A stretch of 64,000 bases of DNA, from positions 41,478,001 to 41,542,000 of the forward strand of contig NC_042999.1 of the NCBI RefSeq assembly GCF_006345805.1, in the 5' to 3' direction. A program made the translations under genes and the position numbers. The stretch comes from Octopus sinensis. Its lineage: Eukaryota. The notes under the pieces were generated by a model. The model saw nothing but the letters and a program-made list of their open reading frames with translations, was not told the DNA's origin and ran no database searches. Below, piece by piece: positions 39,012 through 52,310 of the stretch (positions within the stretch are counted from its first letter, which is position 1; every line of letters starts with the position of its first letter).

Positions 39012-39792
39012 GTATGTATATACATACCAATTAATGATAATTAGCTTAGTAATAGAATGGAGGCGTCATACAATGTTAATATGTTTACGAATTGAAAGAT
39101 TAATGAATTACTATTTCCATATCCTATCTGATTCCATTCTCTGTGAAATGCTAACATTTGCTCACCTCACGAGCGCGCACGCACACACACACACACACAG
39201 GCACACAGGCATACGCAAGGAAACACATTTCCCGTTGATAAAGATATGACTTTACCCTTAAGCATGAAAATTCAATTTTCTCTTCAATTAATTCTAAATT
39301 TCTTAAAATTATCTCTCATTTTTTGTGAGATTTCATGACTTGCTGCTAGGTCTTTGTTTTCTTTCTCACCGGTAAGCCCCATCATGTGGTCCGCTGACAC
39401 TTTAATCTGTGTGTCATTTCTAACGGTATAATGACCTCTAAACTTTAGAAATCTTTGAACTGATACTACATTCCGCGCTATTTATCTCTTGTTTAAAATC
39501 TCTCAGGAGCTGTTCTAATCTCAACACCCAGCTTCTCCTTCCCAGAACACCGACCCTATATAATTCTATTTGTTCCCACGGATTTACCGTATGTATTGAC
39601 TTATAAGTTTAAAGAGAAGGACGGGTGGCATCAATATCACTGTCTAGGCGAACCAACAAAAACCATTGATAAGGAAGGACACTCTTTCCATACCAGCAAA
39701 TAAAAAATAAATAAAAAACGAAACAATTAAAACATACTTGAATACATCATCATCTGCCTGAAATATTTCATTCCACGAATAATCCCACTTGT

Positions 39793-40030
39793 GGAGGCGC
39801 GTGGCTTAGTGGTTAGGGTATCAGAACCATGATCGTAAGATTGCGGTTTTGACCGGGCGACGAGTTGTGTTCTTGAGCAAAACACTTCATTTCACATTGC
39901 TCCAGTCCACTCAGCTGGTACAAATGAGTAACGCTGCGATGGACTGGCGTCCCGTCCAGCTGGGGAACACCTACGCCATAGAAACCGGGAAACCGGGCCC
40001 ATGAGCCTGGCTAGGCTTTAAAAGGGCACA
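39793..40030 (+). mobile_element. tRNA-derived SINE with CORE-like body and V-like tail
   Basis: ggaggcgcgtggcttagtggttag; gttcttgagcaaaacacttcatttcacattgctccagtccactcagctg; ctgcgatggactggcgtcccgtccag. Confidence 0.85.
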
Positions 40031-42746
40031 TATATTTTTTGTTTTTATAATCTCACTTGCGCTATTTCCCCTTTGACTCTGTTTTATTCATACATCATTG
40101 TTAAAATGGCTACTGTTTTGTCAGACAGTTTTGTGAAATTGGGGGTTACCATTGGTAAATCTTCAATTTAGTGCTCTGTCTCTGCTCATACCATCAAAGT
40201 ATCTAAGTGATTTTCATCTTCCTATTGAGTGCGAAATTCTCCCAACTATATCATCTGATATGGCGCGGTATTTAGTACCTATGTTAAAGTCCAGCAAAGC
40301 CTACCATGTTTTAATGTTTGTTCTGTTCGGGTGTTCACTACATGATATTGTGAATTCTTACGAAAAGCCATATGTATATACTCTTATGGCAATCCTGAAA
40401 CTCTACATTCTTTGCCAGGGTTTCGGTCCCATTCAGAAGAATGTCCGTTGCAAATAGTCTCATATGGAAGAATGCACTCTATATATAGTTAAATGATTTC
40501 TGTTCGTCTCCTGACGAAAACAAACCTAGTTCAATATGAAATATTTCACTGTCATATGTTTGAAGATTGTTACATGCTTGTTTCTTGTTCCTTGCGTGTC
40601 AGAAAGTCTTTTAGAATATTATGAATTACGCTGGCCAACATTCTTCGTAATTAATTTGCTACTTCTAAAAAATATCCCACACTCATCAAAGCGGTCTTTA
40701 GAAGATTATGATGCCTTATTGACTACGTCTAATAACACCAAAGTATATCCGTAGCTGTCAACAAGGATTATCTTTTTCCCCCTGGAATAAAAATTAAGTT
40801 TTCTGAGAAATTAATTAAAACTTTTGGAAATAACATACCTTGTTTTTCAAGAAATGCTAATAATTTCTGTTAGTATTCCGATTCTTGTCCTTAAGACACA
40901 AATTACAATTTATTAAGGATTTTTAGCACACGTTATTCAGAACATCACCACCTATATCAATTCTTTATATTAAGTTATTTCTCATATTCACTTATAATTA
41001 TGCAGTCTATAACAGCGAGAGTATTTTATAAATATATAGATATACAGTTCCATTATGGGTAGGTTCAACAAAAAAAGTAATCCACCCGGTGAGAGTTAAG
41101 TATCATTTTATATACACAGTATTTAAATAAGAGCTGCTAATAGTTTCATGCTGTGGAAACAATGATTTATATAACAATCCTCTAAGCTCATGTATGTGGT
41201 TAGTCCTATTTGAAAACCTGGACGCTGACCTATGAGAATACACAAGAAATAAGCGTAGCTGATGCAAAATGTGGAACGAGAAGACAAAAGTTAAAGAGAA
41301 AAGGAAGAGAAATAAAATCGAAAGAAGCGTTTCCTTCGTCTGTCGAAATCATAGTATAGTGTAAAATAATCCGACAAGGAGGCGGCCAACGTCAGCAAGC
41401 CAGCTAATCAATCTGGTCAGGGAATTGTTTTTCAGTTCGATATAAGAAATTTGTCCAGGTGCTTGTATTTGTTAAAAACTTCGGACCTCGAATTAAAATG
41501 TGAGCTCGATTTATTGGATCGAAAATCAATGAGCAATATTTCAGTTATGCATAGCTTGCATCAATTTAATTGATCTACACGTGGCGTTGATTTCTCTATT
41601 TCATAAATATGCCTGACAAAGTATCACCATAGCATGAAACTATTTGTAGCTCTTTTGGTTGTGTATTTAAATCAATATTTATATCCTACTAGATGGATTA
41701 CTGCGGAGAAACGGCTAAGAAATTTGCCATGTTTATAATTATACCATGTTACATAGATACATACAACTTGTGTGTGTGTGTGGGGGAGGTGAAAAGGTTG
41801 AGTTAATTTCATTCTTTATTTTGGAGGGTACCAAAGAGGCGATTTGTAACATAGATTAGTTATTATTCGTTGCTAGCTTACTGTCGTTAGATTTTTGCGA
41901 ATATGAAATTATTACATGAATATAGTATGGTATGAGAATTAATGGAAATGTATCCCATAGAAACTCAACAGACTGTTAAAGATGGAGAAGAGAAGATGTT
42001 AAAATTTTCAAAAAGTATTTTAATGCATGCATACGATCGTTTCGAACAGCAATACTAACATGCAAATAATATACTAAAATAATTAGAAATTAATTAAATT
42101 AAATTAATTAATTAATTACATATTACTGCTCTCCTCAGTGCAAAAAAGAATGCAGTAAAAAATTATTATTATTATTATTATTGTTACAGAAGACTTGATG
42201 GAGGAATTAGCAAATAACCTATTCGGATATACATATTTTATCCTTATGAAAATATAAGTGAAAGAAAATATATATAGAAAAATTACCTGTATATAAAAAT
42301 AAGTGGTTAAGTAATATGCACTCCAAATAAAGCATTTATCAAAGAAGTAAAATAGAGATGTCTACTGGGATACAATAGATATATTTAAATTAGGATATGA
42401 CTTGACAGTTAGAAGTAATATATAAGTAATATAAGGTATTAATACTTCCCGGTGTTCTATTTGGTCATATATTTTTTTTTTTGTTCATTTCTTTCTTCTT
42501 GGTATTCAAGTTCAACTTGTATAATATGTACTTTAAAATTTACGTTTCTCAACTATTCCAATTTTATCAATGTTTAAGGTTACTTGTCAACCTACCTGAT
42601 ATTTACTTACATCTTGCAGCTGATATATGCTTACACATATATAATTATAAAAATTATTAGTGCCCTACTCTTCTACAAAATGTATCATATCGTTTTATCA
42701 TTTATCTTTTTGTGCTCTACATATAACTGATTTCATATTATCATTA

Positions 42747-42784
<38 letters not shown>

Positions 42785-42785
<1 letters not shown>

Positions 42786-44109
42786 TTTTTTTTCTTCTTT
42801 CAAATTTGCTTCCATTTCTTGCCGAGTGTCTTCCCGACTCCTAGGGCAAAGAAACTCATAGTATACATTGGTAGGCCATTAAACCAAACTCAATAGTTCG
42901 TTCATTTTTTAAATTTTTTTTAAAGTTAAATTAAAATACATGAGCAGCAACAGTTCTCACATCGACAATGCTCTTCTCAATACGTGTGATGTATCAGTTA
43001 AGACAATCTTTTGCATTTCTTGCAGGGATGGTAAGCCAGGGATCATTTTCATATAATTTTCGGTTCCCTTCTTGATCATTCCTAGTGCTCCTACGATCAC
43101 TGGTATTGTAACCGCCTTGAGATGCCACATTTTCTCAATTTCAATGAGTAGGTCTTTATATTTTCTGAGCTTGTCAAACTCTTTCGCTGAGATATTATGA
43201 TCACAGGGGGTGCTCATGTCGATCAATATGCAAACTTTATTGTTTTGGTCTTTCACAACAATATCTGGTTTATTGGCCTTGATGGTTCGGTCTGTATGTA
43301 CTGGAAAGTCCCACAGAATCGTTACATTTTCTCCTTCAGTTACAGCCTCAGGGTGGTGATTATACCACTTGTCAGCAGTTTTGATATTCTAATGCCGACT
43401 TGTTAGCCAGTGTAGATATTGGCCAACTCTGTCATGTCTTAATTTATACTCCACTGGTGTTAAGACTTTACATCCAGAGATTAGGTGGTCCACTGTTTCA
43501 ATCATGTCGTTGCAGAATCGGCATTTTGGGTCTGCTCCATTTTTCATCACATTGGCCTGGTAGTTCCGGGTTAATAGGCTTTGATCTTGAGCAGCCAGGA
43601 TGAAACCTTCGCTCTCTGCTTTTAGCCCTGCGCTCCGTAGCCACTGATGGGTTTGCTTCTGGTCAACATCAGCTTGTTTGCTGCGGGCCACATATTTGCC
43701 ATGCAGAGGTTTCTCCTCCCACCTATCAGCCAATTGCTCGTGCGCTTTTTTCATTGCCATTATTTTCACCTTCTTTGCAACAATAGTTGCCGTACTTCCC
43801 TCGGGTTGTTCAGTTTGGGTATCCTGCACGAGATCAATAGCAATTGCTTTCCTTTATGATAGAATGAAGCTTCTTTCGTCTCTCGTGATTTTCCACGAGC
43901 TTTAGCATCCTGTCATTCGTTATTTCGAGATATTTGGCAAGTCCAATTGTGGTTGTTTTGTAAGCTAGTTTAACTTGGATCAGGCCTCGACCTCCTTGGG
44001 CTCTGGGAAGGAAAAGGCGATCTACGCCTGCCTTTGGGTGGTGCATCCTATTACAACTCAGCAGCTTGCGTATTTTCCTATACAACTCAGCAGCTTGCGT
44101 ATTTTCCTA
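42785..44109 (-). mobile_element. 5'-truncated R4/Dong family B (post-RT, CCHC, REL, 3' UTR)
   Basis: MHHPKAGVDRLFLPRAQGGRGLIQ, WEEKPLHGKY, CRFCNDMIETVDHLISGC, LIDMSTP; (ATT)n flanks; 29-bp duplication at the 5' junction. Confidence 0.97.
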
Positions 44110-44121
44110 TTATTATTATTA

Positions 44122-44178
<57 letters not shown>

Positions 44179-44179
<1 letters not shown>

Positions 44180-44438
44180 TTTTTTTTTCTTTTTTCAAAT
44201 TTGCTTCCATTTCTTGCCGAGTGTCTTCCCGACTCCTAGGGCAAAGAAACTCATAGTATACATTGGTAGGCCATTAAACCAAACTCAGTAGTTCATTTTT
44301 TAAATTTTTTTTTAAGTTAAATTAAAATACATGAGCAGCAACAGTTCTCACATCGACAATGCTCTTCTCAATACGTGTGATGTACCAGTTAAGACAATCT
44401 TTTGCACTTCTTGCAGGGATGGTAAGCCAGGGATCATT

Positions 44439-44443
<5 letters not shown>
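44179..44443 (-). mobile_element. Short R4/Dong family B 3' fragment
   Basis: MIPGLPSLQEVQKIVLTGTSHVLRRALSM plus 3' UTR between (ATT)n tracts. Confidence 0.95.
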
Positions 44444-44512
<69 letters not shown>

Positions 44513-44699
44513 CACTATTGCTGCTTAAATATATATTAACACTGATTGATATTTTATATTTTTACTTAAAAATTGCTTACACATATGCGTATGCCCAACA
44601 TTCATGAATACACATATGCAGATGCATATTTATATATACATATATATGTATATATATATATGTTTATATATATATATATATGTGAGTGTGTGCGTAAAT

Positions 44700-44731
<32 letters not shown>

Positions 44732-44753
44732 ATATAATATATATATTATATAT

Positions 44754-44802
<49 letters not shown>

Positions 44803-46281
44803 GTATATATTATAGCTTATAATATCTTCTTTCATATTTGTGGATAATTGTAATTATAATTATACCTATAGTCGTTTTCTTGGGAGGTTTGTTTCTTTTT
44901 GTCCTTATCTTTACACTGGTATAATTATTCTCATTATCTATGATCGTTGTTTTATCTGCCACATCTACCTCAAATAAAATAACTAAAATGTAGCTAGGAT
45001 ATGTAATCTCATGTATACATTTCTCGTAGATATGTTCTCTGTAAATGCATCAGTATACAATATAAATATTTTTTATTCATAAGATTTTTTTATATATGAA
45101 TTATTTTCCTTGTTCTTAATATACTTATTTCAACACTTTACTCTATAAAATAAGAAAAAAACATTGTTTTTGTTACATTCACAATTCACTATTACCTTAT
45201 ATCAGATAGACAATAATTATTTATATAATATTACTATAGACTTCCCATTTCTTTTCTGCCAAACTAGATTCTCAAATCTTATTCATTTTTTTTTATTATA
45301 CAAAAACATAGTCAGCCTACTAAATACCGATAATTATAACTTATTATAAAATACATTCTTACGACATTGTCTCTGCTTTTATCTCCCCTTACATCTTCAT
45401 TATCATTTTCCTGGAACGGTTGTTTTAAAGACATTTTTAACCACTGCAATTCGGTAATATTAACAACAATACTTCAATTTTTATTTTTTATCTTAATATT
45501 TAATTCACACAAACGAAAATAAGATTTTACACTAAACGTTTTTCTTTTTTTCCATTATTTAGAGCCATTCTCTAATAAATTCCTTCTTTTCGTTCGCGTT
45601 AAGCAACCTAATAAAAATTATCTTAACTAGTTATTATTTTTTTATTCTCGCACAAAAATTTCTTTTCTCTATAAATAACCTCTTTAAATATACACCATAA
45701 CTTATATTACTTATATATTACTTATAACTGTCAAATCATATCCTAATTTAAATATAACTATTCTATCCCATTGGACATCTCTATCTTACTTCCTTGATAA
45801 ATGCTTTATTTGGAGTCCATATTACTCAGCTACATATTTTTATATACAGGGAATGTTTCTATTACATCTTTCACATATATTTTCAAATAACCGTTAGCCG
45901 CATCAGATATAGTTTTTTCACAACTAGACTCAACATCATTTTTTTAGTATGCTCTTGGTCTTTCATAAGGTTAAAATATGTATATCTGGATATGTTATTT
46001 GCTATTTCCTCCATCAAGTATTCTGTAACAATAATAATAATAATTTTTTCATGCTTTCTTTTTTGCAATGAGGAGAACAGTAATATGTAATTAATAAATT
46101 TAATTAATTTCTAAATATTCCAGCATACTATTTACATGTTAATGTTGGTGTTCGAAACGATCGTATGCATGTATTAAAATTCATTTCTTTAAATTTTAAC
46201 ATCTTCTCTTCTCCATCTTCGTTGAATTTCTATGGGATAGGTTTCCAATAATTGTCATGCCATACCATATTGATATGTATA

Positions 46282-46324
<43 letters not shown>

Positions 46325-46325
<1 letters not shown>

Positions 46326-47376
46326 CAACTCGACATTTCTATCATCAGCTCAGAACTCCTTGGTTTGGATTTGAAAACACTGAAAATTTTTTCGGTAAAT
46401 CCGAGGCATTAAATAGAGAGAGATGAATTATAATTTCAACAATTGAGGGTATAATTAATTAATTATTAATCAATTTCACCAAGTATTCAGTATGCAAAGG
46501 GACCATTTAAGGCGAATTCAAATTATACATTATATAAAAGGGCTTAGTAAAATAAATTACTTTGCCGCATACTGAAACTCATAGAAATAGCAGCTAAAAA
46601 AACTTTTTTAAAACTATTTTAATACTTAAAGAAGTTTAAGTATTAGAAATAGTTTAAAAAAAGTTTTTTTAGCTGCTATTTCTAATGAGTTCAGTATGCG
46701 GCAAAGTAATTTATTTTACTAAGCCCTTTTATATAATGTAATAATTTGAATTCGCCTAAATGGTCCCTTTGCATACTGAATACTTGGTGAAATTGATTAA
46801 TAATAATTAATTTTACCCTCAATGGTTGAAATTATAATCATCTCTCTCTATTTAATGCCTCGGATTTTACCGAAAAAAGCATAGTGTTACTGATTTTAAC
46901 CCACGCTGGTGGAAAGGAGGGAGGCAGAATTCTTCGCTTGCATATTTGAGTTTGCTGGCACTGTTAGTTTCGAGCAGATCTTCAGGAGCGATAAGAAGCC
47001 GAAAGGGTATGCTCCCACTTTCAGTGTTTTCAAATCCAAACCAAGGAGTTCTGAGCTGATGATAGAAATGTCGAGTTGACTAATCTTGAAACGTACGTTC
47101 TCAAATAACCTTTGCATTTGATTTTTAATGTCTTTACCCAATACTTTCGTGAGTTGAATTGAGCAAACACTATATGAGAGGGTTTCTTTAAGTATTAGAA
47201 ATAGTTTTAAAAAAGTTTTTTTAGCTGCTATTTCTAATGATTTCAGTATGCGGCAAAGTAATTTATTTTACTAAGCCCTTTTATATAATGTAATAATTTG
47301 AATTCGCCTTAAATGGTCCCTTTGCATACTGATACTTGGTGAAATGATTAAAATAATTTTACCCTCAATTGTTGAA

Positions 47377-47378
<2 letters not shown>
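46325..47378. mobile_element. PLE pseudo-LTR-like composite: inverted copy plus 552-bp partial tandem, inside (TA)n
   Basis: Palindrome 46388-46630/46635-46878; outer inverted repeat 46325-46385/47019-47079; direct repeat 46635../47187-47378. Confidence 0.9.
47052..47103 (+). ncRNA. Type-I hammerhead ribozyme motif
   Basis: Stem I TGAG/CTCA, CTGATGA 47056-47062, stem II aga..gtc-gagtt-gac..tct, GAAA 47088-47091, palindromic ACGTACGT stem III, GUU site at 47097-47099. Confidence 0.78.
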
Positions 47379-47411
<33 letters not shown>

Positions 47412-47420
47412 ATATATATA

Positions 47421-47453
<33 letters not shown>

Positions 47454-47711
47454 GCATACATACATAGATACATACATACATAGACAGATAGATGGATAGT
47501 TATATATACATACATATTTACATACATGCATGCATACATACATACATACATACATACATACATACATTACATACATACATACATAAGTATAATGCATCTT
47601 GCCTTTTCAGCAAAGAAGGATTAGGATATGTACTCCATAATAAGCGCAAGAAGGGATGGAATGTTTTTAGGATCTCATATAAGACCACATTCAAAACTAT
47701 CAATCTCTGTT

Positions 47712-47751
<40 letters not shown>

Positions 47752-49454
47752 CTGCCCCCAATCTCTCTAACCACACACACTGAACAGTATTTATAAAAAG
47801 GTGGGTATGTTAAGCAACGTGGCCCTTGGTGTTCAAAATAGCATGATAGTTACGACTAGATGCCTTGTATCATATGTCTGCTCCTTCAGAAAAAGACATA
47901 TGCTTACACTGCAACAAGCGGTTATTGTTTTATCTTTTCACGAAATACTAGTGACCCGCAAAACCAGTACATTTTTACTGTCCACTAGCTATCAAATGAT
48001 GGGGTTGCCATACCTACAATACTATAAATACATACATGCATATGTACATATATGCATACATACATATATATACCTATACATACATACATACATACATACA
48101 TACATACATAAATACATACATACATACATACATACATACATACATACATACATACATACATACATACGCTTAAACGCTGTTGTGTGCAATTGGTTGAAAC
48201 ATCGACCGATATTTCAAATAGTTCGATTCTCCGTACATATATATAATTGCTTTCTTATTTTTGATAAGTGACCAAAGGCGCTATCTTGACATCGATTGCT
48301 GTTCCATTTTTTGTCTGAAGTATTAACGCTGTTTACGGAAAGCGGTATATATGCAAGCTTGTAGTATGAAATCAAACAATCAGTATACATTATAATCATG
48401 TTTGTAGTTGATAGACAATTCTAGTTATTTCATATAAATAGCTTCTTTAAGTATGAAGATTTTAACAAACCGTCCTCTGTCGTAACTTTGATAGCGACCA
48501 TGATATCCTGGTTATTACATTTCTTGAGATGTTTCGTAGCATCGAGTGAATTCTCTGCATAAACCTTGTTTAATAAAGATGTGCAGTTTGCAAATGACAC
48601 TGTCAATGGTTAGATCTATGACATTCACTACTGAAATATCAGTGACAGTGCACACATTGTTATTGTATTGTTTTTGCGTCTTGGGTTTCCTTCACCTCGT
48701 TATTTACAAATTCTACTGGGTTTCTTCTACACTATAATTATATGTATATGTTCTTGTATATATACATGTAATCATGAGAGTTTGCTCGTGTGCATGCGTG
48801 TGCATGTCAAATGCATGCAGATATATAAGTATATCTGTAGGAATATGTGAGCATGAGTGCTTATGTACTAATCTGAATTGTATGCTACATATGAAGTACT
48901 TGGAACATGAATTAAATCTGATGTACAGTAAAACAGAATATGACGAATAGGAGTATACATATACGCCATATATATACACAAACATACACCCGTCTACATA
49001 TATATATATTACGCACGCACACACGAGCATCTATAAATATATGCACAGGCGCATACATATATGTGGATGTTTGTATCTGTGCGTGATGATCAAAATTCAT
49101 AGTTTTGACGTAATTAACTATTTCTTTCCTTAAATCAACCAATAACCCATGAACTGACAATTAACATGTCAATCTATTGAAGTTCCAGGTAATTTCAATA
49201 TCAAAGTAAAATGAATCGTTTATAGTGTTCATTCCAATATATTGTAGTTGCACTACACACATTTCACTACCACGACACAAATAATCAATAAATTTTGGTA
49301 TTTCGGAGATATGAACGTAGTTATGTGAACGCAGAATCTTTCATAAGACATCTACTAATTAATCCATGTAGCTACGTATTTAATTTATATCTAATTCCTT
49401 CAGTCTCTCTCTTTCTCTCCTTCTCACCCAATATGCACACACACACATACACAC

Positions 49455-49489
<35 letters not shown>

Positions 49490-49531
49490 TGTATGTATGT
49501 ACGTATGTATGTATGTATGTTTGTATGCATG

Positions 49532-49605
<74 letters not shown>

Positions 49606-49680
49606 TATTATATATATATAATATATATAATATATATATATGGGTATAAGTAAGTATTTAATTTATTTATTTCCCGCATT

Positions 49681-49734
49681 TATCACTGACGAAGAGAAGG
49701 TTTTTATGAATTAACTCTGAAATCGGGTCCGATA
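49681..49734 (+). ncRNA. Type-I hammerhead ribozyme motif
   Basis: Stem I tatc/gata with an A.C mismatch, CTGACGA 49686-49692, stem II AGAG/CTCT, GAAA 49719-49722, GUC site at 49727-49729. Confidence 0.7.
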
Positions 49735-49879
49735 TGGTAATAACGGAATTTTTTATAAATATCTGTCGGCTTTCTTCGAGACGCGTGCTTATAGTGATGA
49801 ATTATATGGTTATGGACGATGTGTCTAGTTCGGCATATTTGGTATTAGAATGTTTTTCTTTTGCCCTTGTTTATAAGTT

Positions 49880-49880
<1 letters not shown>
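49735..49880 (+). mobile_element. PLE pseudo-LTR-like sequence homologous to the fold-back at 54604-54830
   Basis: ctgtcggctttcttcgag..tatatggttatggac..tgcccttgtttataagtt matches the arms at 54604-54830; (TA)n on both sides. Confidence 0.7.
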
Positions 49881-49914
<34 letters not shown>

Positions 49915-49922
<8 letters not shown>

Positions 49923-50294
49923 GGCTCAGTGGTTAGGGCAGCGGACTCACGGTCATAGGATCGCGGTTTCGATTCCAAGATCGGGCGTTGTGAGTGTTTA
50001 TTGAGCGAAAACACCTAAAAGCTCCACGAGGCTCCGGCAGGGGATGGTGGTGATCCCTGCTGTACTCTTTCACCACAACTTTCTCTCACTCTTACTTCCT
50101 GTTTCTGTTGTACCTGTATTTCAAGGGGCCGGCCTTGTCACTCTCTGTGTCACGCTGAATATCCCCGAGAACTACGTTAAGGGTGCACGTGTCTGTGGAG
50201 TACTCAGCCACTTACACGTTAATTTCACGAGCAGGCTGTTCCGTTGATTCGGATCAACCGGAACCCTCATCGTCGTAACCGACGGAGTGCTTCC
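49915..50294 (+). mobile_element. tRNA-derived SINE, same family as 2515-2899
   Basis: Near-identical body; ORFs 2649 and 50044 translate almost identically. Confidence 0.95.
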
Positions 50295-50353
50295 CATATA
50301 TATATATATATATTATATATATATGTACATGTATATACTCATATATTCATATA

Positions 50354-50388
<35 letters not shown>

Positions 50389-50442
50389 TATATATGCATT
50401 CACGTATATATATCATATATTATATTATATATATATAATATA

Positions 50443-50474
<32 letters not shown>

Positions 50475-50689
50475 TGTGTGTGTGTGTGCGTGTGTGTGTT
50501 GTGTGTGTGAGTGTGTGTGTTTGTGCGTGTGTGTGTGTGTGTGCATAAAATACAAAATGGGACAAGAACGCAAAATATCCAGACAGACGATACAAGGAAA
50601 ACAACGACGAATCATTCGGAGTTTCCTATCCTCAATCGAGTTCCAGATTACCTTTGCAATTTTGGCTGGTTATACTAAACATACTTAGT

Positions 50690-50748
<59 letters not shown>

Positions 50749-52270
50749 CTTGCATAAATAAATATGCTAAAAATTACAAGCCGAATGTGGAAAATTGACA
50801 ACAAATCTATTTGAATAGAAGAAAAACGTCATTTGGCTTGCTATTCAGTGTGAGCTTAGAATGAAATAATAGTCTGAAATTACATGACGTGGTCATCAAA
50901 ATATTTTACTGTGCGTATGAATACCATAATCTCTTCAATAATAACAATGTTAAAGTTAGATACATTTGCTTAATAAACTTGTATGTCAAATATCCAACCA
51001 GAACCAAATATTTACAAACTTAACTGCCAGAATGCAACTCTATCAATACAGCATCTTGTCCACTGAACAGCATTGATTTATGGTTGATATTTGTTAAAAG
51101 AAACTTAGGCCAAATAATTTATATAGGAGTCCAACTTATACAATATCCTATATTCGAGGCGGTATGGTGTCATTTGAGGAAATAAGTAATGTGCGCGTGT
51201 GGCAAGACATCTGTAGAATGTGAGCAAAACTAACTATATTGCTCTTGCAAAATTTAAACCTCAATCCGATACATCCACTAATTTCATCCTATGAAATTTA
51301 ATGAAAGGGCTAACTCCATATTTATAATTTACTTCATTCAGAATAACTCAAATCACTTACGACCATATTGTAAAGTATCACAGGTACTATTACGCCATAC
51401 AAAAATTAAATAACGCAGACCATGCTAAGCTTGATTTAGACGAGGCACATTTCAAGGCTTCCGTTGGTTGAACACTAGGTCAACAAAATATTTCAGGGAC
51501 AGACATAGTTAAAGTATCCGTCTGAAATATTTCAACTACGAAATCGTTCTACTTTCTCAATAATCCCCCTAAAATGGATCATTGGAAAATAAATACGAAG
51601 TATTTCTCTTCACAAGAATATGGTAAGTGATGAAATACAACAACTATCAAAAGACTAACTGTCCTTCAGTACAAGGCCATTGCATCATTCAAAACAATAC
51701 ATGCTGTTTCTATACAAGTGAGACGAAGTCTTACCACTTCTGCATAATCGCAGCATCATTCATTTACCACCAGCAGCCTGTCGTACCTTGCCTGTTTTTT
51801 TTCTTCTTTATATTCAGTTACAAACTACTCTAAATTATCCAGATGAATAGAACTTGGCAAGGAAATCTCGTTAGTGGCTATGAAGAAACTAAGTATCGAC
51901 TTAGTAATCTTATTTCACTTTGTATACATCCATTTTCAACGCTTGCAGTTTCACATGTGAACAATACACGACAGTTTAAGGAGCCTTATAACAATAATAA
52001 TTACATTACATAGGCCTTATTGTAAAACCTTTTAAAAACAGATTCTGACAACATACGTTTACGTTCGGATATTAAAAAAAATAGCACTATTCATATCTGA
52101 AACTCTAAGGACAGCAAAATGAACAAATTTGAAGCTAAAAAAAAAGGAATTTGCTGAATAGCATGGTTTTATTGTTGATATTTCTTGTCATATTCTTTAA
52201 ATATCTCAAAACTATATTCCGATGTTTAGGCACTCACACACACATGCACACACGTATATAAATACACACA

Positions 52271-52310
<40 letters not shown>

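Larger units (their letters stand above)
41914..46279. repeat. Long diverged inverted repeat (arms about 41914-42435 and 45701-46279)
   Basis: Example: cccatagaaactcaac..gatggagaagagaagatgttaaaattt versus its complement at 46190-46240; colinear along the arm apart from one indel of about 85 bp. Confidence 0.85.

Noticed and set aside
40511-40550. CTGACGA..GAAATATTTC
   Set aside because: A palindromic stem III-like sequence is present but stems I and II are absent.
51485-51532. Short hairpin aaatatttcag..ctgaaatattt (also an imperfect inverted repeat at 58119-58213)
   Set aside because: Short AT-rich arms are expected by chance here.
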